DNA from: Callorhinchus milii
Taxonomy: Eukaryota
Reading direction: 5' to 3'
DNA length: 64,000 nucleotides
Assembly: GCF_018977255.1 (NCBI RefSeq)
Contig: NW_024704742.1
Location: 6,760,001-6,824,000 of the forward strand
Positions 25,276-37,305 of the stretch are shown here, one piece after another. The first letter of the stretch is position 1, and each line of letters begins with the position of its first letter. The notes under the pieces were generated by a model. That model did not search any database. It was not told the origin of the DNA and saw only the letters and a program-made list of their open reading frames with translations. A program made the translations under genes and the position numbers.

Positions 25276-26119
25276 GAATAGGTCTGAGACATTCTGACGT
25301 GATAGATGCTACAAGAAATATAAACTTTCTTTCCACACTGTGTGGCCTAACAAATTCCTTTTTTTTGAACGTCGGTCAATTGAACTACAAGTTTATTTGC
25401 AAAATGTTACAGATGATATAATAGAAAAATCTCATTCAAGGAGCACATCAAAGTCACTATTCTTTGCAGCAAAAGGAATTTCAAGCCAAGGTGGTGTGTC
25501 AGAACACGGTATGTTATTTTGTGTTGAGCATTTGAACCTGACTGATATCTCCCCAATTGAACCTAAATATATGTTTTCACTTGGGTTTGACAGTTCGATA
25601 TGTGGTTTCTTTAAGAGTAAGTACTATAAACTGTCAATATGTACATTTCCCCTCTTAGACTATCATGATAAATTATGTCCTACTATTACAGGTAGTCCTG
25701 GAGTTTAGACCACGTGAAAGAGCTTATAGCAGCTCGAGAAAATAGCTGCATTTCGATTTTCTTAAATATGAAGTAGAAGCTTTGGATTTAAAAACATGTA
25801 TCTGTAAACACTCACAAATGTACATATTTATAGTTAAACCAGTAAGTCATCGGAGAGGTTCACTGCAGTACGACAGGTAGACAGTCAGAAAAATTAGATC
25901 AGAAAGGGATCAGGTTTGATCCCTGGTCTGTGATGTGTTAGCTGACCTCAGCCAGGGGAAAAGCAGCCATTGCATTTGATCTTGGTATCTTCAGACTTGA
26001 TTTGGTGAATGGAGGGGACTCTGTGTTCTTCAGATTTGTAATTGCCATTGGTCACACAGTGACTTCTGAAAAGGAGTGTGGACAGTACTGGGTTCTATTC
26101 AGATGCCCATTATTGTGGG

Positions 26120-26581
26120 CAAAATGTTGGGCAAGTTTCCTTGCTCCACACGCCTCTGTTTACCTAGCAGTAAGTCGATTCATAGAATCATAGAATCATA
26201 GAATTGTACAGCACAAAAAGAGGCCATTCGGCCCATCGAGTTTGTGCCGGCTCTTTGAATAGAGCAATTAACGTCAATCCCACTCCCCGGCCCTTTCCCC
26301 ATAACCCTGCAAACCCGTCCTCCTCAAATACCCGTCCACCGCGTTTTTAAAAGTAGTAGATTGGCGGATCACTTTTCAGGAGGTAATAATACCTTCAAAA
26401 TTTTTTTAATAATAAATTGGTTACTTCAATGTGCGACTGTTTGACTGCTGTGCGCGATTGACTGCCACGTTTTGCCCACAAAATGTAAACAGTCAATTCA
26501 CTTTACAGTATATTCTGTGAAGCGCTTTGAGACATCTCAAAGGCGTGATAAGGTGCTTTATCTAATGTAAGGATTATTATT
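26120..26581 (+). mobile_element. SINE variant A interrupted by an antisense CR1 3' end (about 26178-26355)
   Basis: SINE body stops at ..AGTAAGTCGATT, a (CATAGAAT)n CR1 tail follows, and the SINE resumes at GATTGGCGGATC. Confidence 0.85.
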
Positions 26582-28814
26582 CTCAAACAGTGCAAGATGT
26601 TTCTGAGTCGAAATTCTGCTTGGTATCACACCCAACACTTTTGATGATGTCAGATGCTAATAGGATTTTCCCCCATTATCATCTTGCACTAGTCACTACA
26701 CTATCTGGAATGCTAGCCCTTCGATGTTCAGCTCAGACCTGATGAGATTTTAGGCAAATTATTAAAAAGGGCCGTCAGGATTGAAGAGAAAAAATATGAA
26801 TTCTATGGAGGGGGGGAATAGGGAGAAATGCACTGCTAATATTTTTCTACAGACCTTCATTCGGTTCAGATGTGGTTTAGAATTACTGGATCATTGGAGA
26901 ATAAGCAGCTGATTACCCTTCCTACTGTTCTGGCTCAAACTTTGAATTGATGTTGTACATTTAGTGAGTTTCAGTGAGCTCCCACTGGAGGTCTAATGCT
27001 TGTGACAGCAATTGGGAAGAAAGTCAAATATAGTGTTTCAAGATACAGTATTTTGACTGGCACTGGCAGAGCGCAATACTTTGAAACTCAGCTGATCAGA
27101 GTTAGACCCAATTGAACAGATCTTCTCAATGGCATGTTCTACAGTTGAAAATGTACAATTTGTGTGTTCTGCCATGAGATCGGAAACCCTAAACTCTTCA
27201 CAGTGTAATTAAAATAGGATATCCTGGCTTAGCCTCCTTGTTGCAGCAGATCCAGTGTTAGAAAGGTGATCATTATTCCTGGTTTGTTTTCTTGGAAACA
27301 AACTCATGGGAACTCTGGTCCTAGTCTTAACAATACTGTGGTTTATCAGGTGAGTGACAGTGTCTAGACACAGCTAAATAGCCCTTAATCTACTCAATCA
27401 CATCAAATTACAATCAAGTACTCTCTCTTCACCACCCCACCAATCACCCACCCCCCCACACCGAATATAAAGGATTCAAGGAAAAATAATGGGACCTCTC
27501 ACAAACAGTTTATCACAAAGATTCAGAATTGCAGGCTTAATAAGAAACAATCAAGACTGGTCTTTATTTCTGAATAGGGATGATTAAGATGATCTAGGTA
27601 TAGGTACTGAAAATAATAATCTGGAGTCACACCGTTTACAGGGCAGACAGAAGCACAAGTATTTTGATGTCATCAACAGCAATTTTTGCAAAGGAACAGT
27701 TGGGCCTCTGATAAGAAATGGCCAGAGACGTCATCATATGTATGTCAACAAGAGGTCACAGTTTGAAGTCTTGAGCGTCTCTCTTACCAGTCTCCGTATA
27801 TCTCACGGATATCTTAACCCTCACAGCAATATCATTTGACAAAACAATGGGAGGATGTGCAAGTTGTGCTCAAAACCTATTTTTGGCCTGTTTCGCTTCA
27901 CACATTCAACCAAACGGTGAACCGAAAGCAAACTTGGAATGTGCCTGTCTCTACACGAGGCAGGTCTTGGTGCCCAAACGGATGACTGTGGAGTTAAAGA
28001 CAAGGACGTGAGAAGAACGAAAGCGGATTTTTTTTAATAGGAAAACACCATGTTGATCATAGAAAAGAAATGCATCCTCCCTATTCCAAACTTTACAATG
28101 CAATTGTAAAACAAACAGCTGCAATAACTAACAAACCCAGAATTAAATGCTACAAATCTCAGAGTTCAGCCAATCTAAATTGTAGAACGATTTTAAGAGT
28201 AGATGAAATGTTTTCTGAGTGTGGCACTTTCTTTGTAATGCAAAACAGATGTTTCCATTACACATAAATGGAATGGAGAAGGATCTCTAAAAATTCACCT
28301 AATTTTTAGATCCTAGATTGTGCTGAAATTGGTTAAACAGGAAGTGCGGAGAGTTTAACTGGGTTGTACACACAAGGCTATATTTTAATACTATCAAGTG
28401 TAATTAATGCAGTAACTAAATCGTACCAATCTACACGTAACCATGTAATCTAGGTATGTGCACACACTCAAAACCCTATATGGAAACAATTTGTTTTAAT
28501 GATTCACCATTAACAGTCTAATAATAGTCAGCATGTGAAGTGCTGATTAGGTTATTTTTTGTTCTATGCCTTTAGAGTCCTCTTCAGCTGTACTCCAAAG
28601 AGAAGATCAAAGGTTCTTCCAACCTAACAGTTGTTAATGAGGCATAGTTCAGCACAAATGCTTTGTATGTCTCTCTCATGATCATTTAGCTCCATCACCT
28701 CAGAATCAATTCTCATGTATTTTACACTACATTGATGATAACGTTTTTCCCTGAGGACAGAAAACAATTTATAAGCATACACTTGGCCCTTACATCCTTG
28801 TGCCACACTATTAA

Positions 28815-29184
28815 ATAATAATAATCCTTGCATATGATATAGCGCCTTATCACGGCTTCAAGACATCTCAAAGCGCTTCACAGAATATACTGTAAAGTGA
28901 ATTGACTGTATCTTTTGTGGGCGAAACGCGGCAGCCAATTGCACACAGCAGCGTCCCACAAACAGTCATGGATTGAGTGACCAAATTCATTATTATTTTT
29001 TGAAGGAATTATTACCCCCAGAAAAGTGATCCACCAATCAACCAACAACCAGGTTCCTCCTTACTGCTTGGTAAACAGAGGCGTGTGGAGTAAGGAAACT
29101 TGCCCAACGTTTCGCCCTGCCAGGAATCAAACCCAGATCTCTCGCTTGCGAGCTGAGTACTCTAGCACTGAGCTACAGAACTCC
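28815..29184 (-). mobile_element. SINE variant A, full length
   Basis: Complete head, body and tail in reverse complement. Confidence 0.92.
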
Positions 29185-31342
29185 ACATTGTTCGAATAGT
29201 GCCCTACTGTTTACAAAAACCCACACTGTTTTCCAAAGGATTTTTGATAAATGATACCGTACAGTATACTCAACCTTTGAAGTATTTGCCTTACAAGTAT
29301 ACATATGGAAAATATTTTTCCAATGTGTGCTTTAGAGCCATACAGTTGTAGTGTTGTGTGCAACTCAAAGCTCCCTGACTAAAACTTTCTTTTTCTATTT
29401 CAGACCCCTTCCGATTTGAAACATGCTGGGAGAAAATGTTCTCCCAATTTCATTTCGAATCCAATTACACTGGCACCCGTTCAGATGCACAAAGAGAAAA
29501 AGAACACACTGTTTCAGCACTAACTTCTTCTAAACAGGACCGTAGATTGGCTTTTCAACTCATTTTGTTCTCATTCTCATTTTGTGGAGGTCAGACTCAC
29601 TGCACTGTCACCCGTAACACTTTTTGAAGTCATTCATATTTAAAAATAATTCATAACTACGGGTAAGTACACGGAAAAATGGGAGTGAAATTGCACTGGT
29701 CGGTAACTGTAACAGCCAGCGGAAATGTACATCTTAGATATGTATTACTTCTGTTCTAGAAATTTCCCATTTGCCTTTTGATTTTGGCTCCCACTGAAAA
29801 GAGCTCCATATTCACGACAGCTTTTTGGCAAACATTCAATATGGTGGCAGAAATCTTGTCAAAACTCATCATTGCCTCAATTCCACAGGATGCCGTCTCA
29901 TGTCAAACGTGGTTCAAACCAAAAAAAGGTTATACTTGCGAAGCACCATTTACTCAAAAAATCTCAATATGTTTCATCTCCTTTTTCCAACAAGGCAAAG
30001 TTTGCCAAGCTTTTCCCTGAAAACCTATTGCAGCTGGAAACTTTCTTGAAGATGTGAAAGTCCTGCTTGCTTATTGCACACTGCAGTTTGCAATCTAATA
30101 GATCTCAATTTTCCCCTTTGGAAAATACAGAAAGCTGGAAGAAACATGTTGACAAAGTGCACACTGAGGTCTCCTGATAATCTGGAACTTTAAGGCACCA
30201 GTTAATTTACGTAAAGAAGCAAAAGGCAGAAGCAGAGTCCAGGGATGCTTTCAAAAGGGAATTAGATGCTTGAAAAAGAAGAATATTAAAGGTTTTGGGG
30301 AACGAGCAGCAGTGTGTAATTAGATTTGATAACTCATACATAAAACACCAGCATGGAGACTCGATGAGCCAAATGGAACATTTCTGTCCTGTAATTTCTG
30401 TGATAGTCTCCAACTGTGAAAAAAGGTGCAGGACTGATCCATCATCTCGGTTGGTTGGACTTGTAGTGCAAGTCATCGGGAAGGTGTACGTGCTTCTTCA
30501 GATGTAAATATTACTGGCTAGATACGCTTGACGGGCCACAATACCTCATAATTCCTCTTCCATTGATGGCATTATGTGGAATTATCGTACAAAAATCAGG
30601 ATATCGGAAGCTACCTAATGACCTGGAAGTTAGCCATTTTAGCTTTCTGCTCGAAACAAAAGGCTAACTTCCAGGTCATCAACTCACCGGTTGTGTCACT
30701 CTATCACTTCTCACTTTGCACATGTGCGGAAAAAAGAGAATGACATTCTAGTGACCTGGCATTATTTCTATTAGCGGTTGAGCGCATGTGCAGTAAACCT
30801 GGTATTTGTGCTATAACGTGGGATGGAATTTTTTGAATCCCAAACACTGTGATGAAAGTCGAATAATTTAATCATTAATTTAGTAAAGATAAATGATTGT
30901 ATTTATATGAAATAAAAGCCTACAGAAAAGGTTTCAATAAATGAAAGCTGGATAGAAATGTTAACAGTTTCAAAACGCGATAGCTGGTTAATTCCAGCGC
31001 CTTGGGATGTCCTCCCAAAATGAAAGGTGCTGTACAATTTACAACAACAATGTAATGTTGCTGCTGTTGTTGTTAAACTCTGGGATTAACTCATTGTACA
31101 CTTCATCCACAAAATATACAGTCAATTCACTTTACAGAACATTCTGTGAAGCACTGCCTCGAAGCTGTGATTATATCAAATGCAAGGATTATTATTATCA
31201 TTACTGAGGACCCCAAGCCTTGTCTCTCATCAACCTGTGCCTAACAGTCTCCAGAATTAGAGAAGCAGGATGCTTTCCCTCCGGTGAGAGAGTGTGCCTC
31301 TCCAGAGACATTTCCAGACAGAGACATTTCCATGGGTAGGTG

Positions 31343-31710
31343 GGATCCTGTAGCTTAGTGGTTAGAGCACTCGCCTCGCAAGCGAGAGATCTGGGTTTGA
31401 TTCCCGGCTGGGCGAAATGTTGGGCAAGTTTCCTTACTCCACATGCCTCTGTTTGGTTAGCAGTAAGTAGGCAATTTTTAGTCGATTGGTGAATTGCTTT
31501 TCCAGGGTAATAATTCCTTCAAAAAAATTAAAGTAACTAATAATAAATTGGTGACTTCAATTCACAACTGTTCGTGGGACACTGCTGTGCGCAATTGGCT
31601 GCCGCATTTGGCCCACAGCCAATTCACTTTACAGTATACTCTGTGAAGTGCTTTGAGACAAGGCTGTGATAAGGCGCTATATCAAATGGAAGGATTATTA
31701 TTATTAGTAG
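31343..31710 (+). mobile_element. SINE variant A, full length, inserted into the unclassified ~600-bp repeat
   Basis: Head ATCCTGTAGCTTAGTGGTTAGAGC through tail. Confidence 0.9.
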
Positions 31711-32761
31711 TAGTGTAATACACATACAGTACTCACAGTCTGGTTTGGCTACTCTTAAGCATGACTGATTAGTTACTGCATCGGACATACACCCAGCGAC
31801 CAAAACAAATATGATTTCAGTAGTAAGTTCTTCTTTAGAATCACCAAGCTCTGTCAGATGACTCATCTGATGTATTATGTCCAGTCCCTTTGTGTCTTTC
31901 CCCCATCCACACACTCACAGTTACGTGTTTTCTGGACAACTTTTGCACCTGTAACCTGTACCTGCTCTTTGGGTCTCAACAAATCATGTAATGTTGAGGG
32001 CCCTTGAACCTCGATGAGGAATTTGATTTGTGGGGAAAACAGTTGGCCTTTGAAGGATATTCTCATTTATTCATGGTGTGGAAAAGGCCTCCGTATTTGT
32101 CTTTGTCTTTTGATTCCATCTGAGAGTAAACCAAAGAAACAAACCAAAGAATCTAGTCACATTCATACCTTTCAGCTAATAAAGCTTCCGAAAATTTTCC
32201 TTCCATCATTCCAGTCTCCACATTAACTCACTGGTGTTTGACTCTATCCCTATTATTACGTTACTTAAATTGTCTGTTGGGTTTACATATTTATGGAAAG
32301 TGGTTCTGTATTGGCTTTTGCAGGAGTCGCTCATGGGAATTTCTGTCTTACATTTCTTAATTCACTGCAACATCGATATGACCATAATCTTTCATCACAT
32401 TCTAACTTCCAGGGCAGAAAAGACATTTCCCTCTTCCTTTGTTTAAATAGTGGTAAATTTAGGCATGGACTTGACAGCGATGTCCTTAGAGGTATTTCCA
32501 TGTTGTAGCATGATTTTGAATGCACCCAGCGACCAAAACAAATATAGCGACCCATCAGTAATGCAGTGAGAGCAATGATAGCCCAGTGACTCTCTCTCTC
32601 CCAATCTCTACAGTGGAATTTCAGCCTAGATTATGAGCTCAAGGTCTTGATATGGAGCTTGAATTTACAACCTCCTGACCATCACTGATAACTTGAGTGA
32701 CTACCCCCCTCTCCCCAAACCCAGCCCCTCCAATGTCTCAATAATTTCCCCCCCACCCGTA

Positions 32762-33094
32762 AATAATAATAATAATAATAATAATAATCCTTGCATTTGA
32801 TATAGCGCTTTTCACGTTGGGAGGACATCCCAAAGTGCTTCACAGAACACACTGCAAAGTGAATTGACTGTATATTTGTGGGCGAACGCGGCAGCCAATT
32901 GCGCACAGCAATGTCCCACAAACAGTCGTAGATTGAAAATGACCAATTTATTATTGTTTTTGGTTTTGGAGGGATTATTATTAGGCTCTGTGTGGAGTAA
33001 GGAAACTTGCCCAAGGTTTCGCCCTCTGCCTGGAATTGAACTCAGGTCTCTCGCTTGCAAAGCGAGTGCTCTAACCACTGAGCTACAGGACTCC
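32762..33094 (-). mobile_element. SINE variant B, full length, young
   Basis: Head with CTCGC-TTGCAA-GCGAG-like anticodon arm (tRNA-Ala TGC-like), shortened body, long (ATT)n tail. Confidence 0.92.
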
Positions 33095-33149
33095 AAAAAC
33101 CCAGTAAACCCAGTGAGCCTCAATAAAATAGTAAACCCCCCTCATATTT

Positions 33150-33508
33150 GGAGTCCTGTAGTGTATCTGTTGGAGCACTTGCCTCGCAGGAGAGAGGACC
33201 TGGGTTTGATTTCCAGGCAGAATTAGGTTTGCTTACTCCACAAGCCTCTGTTTACCCAGCAGTAAGGAGGAACCTGGTTGTTAAATCGATTGGCAGATTG
33301 CTTTTCCAGGGGTAATAATTCCTTTTAAAAAAAATGTGGTCACTGAAGCCACGACTGTTTGTGGGACACTGCTGTGCACAATTGGCTGCTGTGTTTCGCT
33401 CACAAATATACAGTCAATTCACTTTACAGTATATTCTGTGAAGCGCTTTGAGACATCCCGAAGACGTAATAAGGCTCTATATCAAATGCAAGGATTATTA
33501 TTATTATT
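33150..33508 (+). mobile_element. SINE variant A, full length, head-to-head with the preceding copy
   Basis: GGAGTCCTGTAG head to (ATT)n tail. Confidence 0.9.
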
Positions 33509-34699
33509 GTAGAGATACAGTCTAGCAGCAAACCTTGTACAGGTCCAGGGAATCCTAATGATGATCCTTATTGAGGGCCACCTATTGAATAGCATCATCA
33601 AACACTTTCTCACGCAATCGGTTCAATTGTTATGGTATTTTATTCCCACGTTTATATTCAGGATGTCCTATGGCCACCCAATGCTTATCATACCATTTTC
33701 ACCTGAGAGGAACAAGCCCAAAATGTTTAAGTCCTTTATATCCTGTACTGCCAAATGAGTGTTGTACCGTTTTACCTCAGTATATTGCTCTTCAAACTAA
33801 TAAACTCTAGTGCTACGCAAAACACTCTTTACAAAGGAGAATAATAAGCAAGCAGTAATTTGTAACCTAATACCTCTGGATATTTGTGTGGAAAATCACT
33901 AGTTAACTGAGAAGTCCAATTTCCACTGTTACATCTTATTGATATATTTGGGCCAAAAGAAACCAATAATGCTCATTAAAATTTGTATCTCCAAATTGAA
34001 AGCATGCCGCAAGTGTAACAAATAGCAAAATATACGGTGATAAAAAGTCAAATTGGCATCACCAAATGGTTCCTCTTGATACACTTGGAGTGAAACAAAC
34101 CGTTGCAAAATACTCATTAAAATTCATAATTTAAATTGAAACCATGCTTCAAGTGTTATAAATAGCATTTTATCTGGCAAGAAGTGTGAGTTTATAAATA
34201 TGGCCACATGTGAAACTGAGCAAAATGTGTTTGTGACTTTGTTGCTCACTACCTGTCTAGCCAAGGAGGCACCAATGAGTTATACTATTGCCAATCGCGT
34301 ATCCTCCAATGACAGATGCAGAAGAAATCTTGTGCATAAATAGCACTCACTGAACATTAATTGCACTGTGCCACTCTAAGAGATTTGAGACTTTAATTCT
34401 TGATAAACTCAAGCACAAGCTGTGTACTCTCATATGGAATTCATTACCAGGAAAGGGTGGTTGAGTTCAGGATGCTGGACTCATTTAAGAAACGGCTTGA
34501 TGCCATCTGTGATGGGTAGGGTGGCTATTCTGGAAGAATGAGATCAAAGAGGTTGTCTTCATCTCTTGTGATCGTTGTGGCTGTGGGTGTCAGTGCCAAG
34601 AAGTGACATTAGCGATGCTTCCTGTGGGTAGTGTGGGTGCACAATGCACAGGAAGTGATAACGCAATGTTTTCTGTGAATAGCACACGCACACTCTCGC

Positions 34700-35810
34700 T
34701 CATAGGATTACATTCTTCAGGGCTCTATCCCCAGAGCTCTCCTCTTCACCACTGATATGCTCCCAATGATGACATCGGCCGTAGGGATGGGGGTTCACTT
34801 CCACATTTATGCCCTGGCACACAACTCCACCTCACTGCCTCCACCCTCAACTCCAGGACCACTGCTGTTCTGAACCGAGTATCTATCAGACTGAGCCGTA
34901 ACTGAGTTCCAACTGTTTACAGTTCAATGTCGACAAGACAGATCCTCTCCTGACCTTAGCTTGTGTCAGTGCCTTCACACTTCAGGTGCTGATTGTATCC
35001 AGCTGCAAGCTACTTACAATACAAAAATACAATACAAAATTGCATTTGTATACAAAGTAGATCTTACCCTAAGTGAACTTTCTCCCCACAACTCCCTTAA
35101 CAGCTGTGTATCACACCTTGTATACCATCGATTCCTACAAACCCAGCACGTGTACACAAAGTAAATGTCTGTTTACATTCATGTGCCCTCCAACTAAACC
35201 GGAAGACAGGCCAATCTATAGATTTTCAGTCTGTATTGCCCACCAGGTTACCGCCAGCTGTGGTGCACCATCACTAACAGTGTGACTTACCGTTGACTAA
35301 CAATGTGATGTACCATTGACTGACAGTGTGATGTATCCATAGGCTGCAGACTCGCAAGAACTCAGCAGCTTGTGTCCTTTCCTCAAACAGACTCTGCGAG
35401 CCCATTATCACCCATGTCCTTGTCTGGCTCCACTGCTTCCCCATCCTGCAACAAATTGCGTCCTCACCTTTAAATCCTTCAACCACCTTGCCCCATCCTA
35501 TCTCTGCAAACTCCTCCAGCCCTAGCAACCCAGCCGCTCCCTTCGCTCAGCAGGTACTGGCTTGTTTCGTGTCCCATGTCCCCCCACCCCATCATCAGTG
35601 GTTGGACTTTCAGCCCATCTGCCCCCACTTTGACTCTGAAATACTATACTCGTCCAGTGCCTTGGGACGTCCTGAAAGGCGCTATACAAATGTAATCTTG
35701 TGGTTGTTGTTTGTGGAACTCCCTCCTGCAGTCCCTCTGACTTGCACCCTCCTTCATTTCGTTCAAGGTCCTTCTCAAGACCTATCTCTGACCCATGCTT
35801 TTGGTCATCT
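34700..35810 (+). mobile_element. Decayed, fragmented L2 LINE
   Basis: FHIYA(DD)TQL-like segment near 34800; LQTRKNSAACVL and tail near 35340-35712. Confidence 0.6.
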
Positions 35811-36919
35811 TTCCTCTCTGAACCACACTGATGCAAAGACAGTTTCCAGCAAGGTCTCTGGATAGCAGTCAGCAGTGGAGCCTGCCTAACTTTTTCTCTC
35901 TCCATAATCCAAGGCAGACCTATTATAGAGGTCCAAACGATGCTACAGTAGGTGTCGATTTGCTGTGGTTTTCCCCATTGAACTAATGCAGCGTAAATCA
36001 AGTTCCAAACAGATTGATTCGCTTCCAAGTCCTGCTCCCTATAGCTCCTCAGCAGTCAGGATCTTAATGTGATTGTGTATTTGTTGGAAGACAACAGATG
36101 ACTGCAAAAGTTTAGCAGGTTTTACAATTAGTAGGTGTTGCAGGTGGGAGCAATTTGGACTGACAGTATAACCTGTTTTCTATTTCTCACATAATCCATC
36201 CCTTATAGTAGTGGAGTGAAACTGTTCCAGCTATACCAATAGGGTTTTTGTTGGTTTTGCAGAGCTTGGCATTATCTGTGATGCTATTCCACTGTCAGCT
36301 CAGAGCAGCAGTTGAATCTCTAAGGTCATGGCATCATTGATAAGGATAGCTATGTTGATAAAGCTATAGCTGAAGTCGATTTGTGGATGTATTTCCCTCG
36401 TTACCACATCTGCACTGCACTTAATAGCGCAGAAACTCTTCGCATCCACTTTTACTGGTCAGCATGTAGTACAATTTATGTTTAGGCTTCTGCTGTGCAT
36501 GTAAACAATTTGATGTGATGCAGATGCCATTTGCTCACTCGGCCCCAGTCCCACATATGGATTTCATCAGTTTGGAAGGACATTCCTCTGTACGCTGACT
36601 TACTGCCAGCCCACAGAAACTCCACTCAGTGTACAGCAACTAAAGTGCAGTGGACACATGAGCTGCATCAAAATCTTTAGACTGGGCTCCAATTTGTGGT
36701 ATTGCTTAACAAGATTTTTCCTATTAATGATAGGCCTTGTGTTTGGTACAGTGTATAATGTCTAAAAGTCTCCAAGTCCTTTACTGAAATTACTGCTAAG
36801 TGTAGTGACTGTGTATTTACAGATAATTTACACATCATATTACCTTACAAACGTTATCCACACCCCACCCCCTCCCCTCTAAACAACTCCACCCTGCCAT
36901 TCCTAACTAGTCTCATCTG

Positions 36920-37305
36920 AGTCCTGTAGCATAGTGGTTAGAGTGCTTGCCTCGCAAGCAAGAGGGCCTGGGTTCGATTCCATTCCCGGGCGGAAAGGGC
37001 GAAACCTTAGACAAGTTTCTTTACCCCACACACACGCCTCTGTTTACCCAGCAGTAAGTAGGAACCCGGTTGTTAGTCGATTGGCGGACTGCTTTTCCAG
37101 GAGTAATAATTCCATCAAAAAAATAATAATAATTTGGTCACTCAATCCACGACGGTTTGTGGGAAGTTCCAGACATAATTGTCTGGAACGTTTTATCCAC
37201 AAAACACGCAGTCACTATATATCCTTTGAAGAACTTTGAGGCATCTCGACGACATGATAAGGCCACTTTATCAAATGCAAGGATTATCATTAGGTTATTT
37301 ATTAT
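36920..37305 (+). mobile_element. SINE variant A-type head and body with diverged 3' part
   Basis: GAGTCCTGTAGCATAGTGGTTAGAG...GGTTCGATTCC head. Confidence 0.85.

Noticed and set aside
33690..33745. NILGLFLS as an R2 zinc-knuckle remnant
   Set aside because: Fits the CR1 LGLFSLE segment better.
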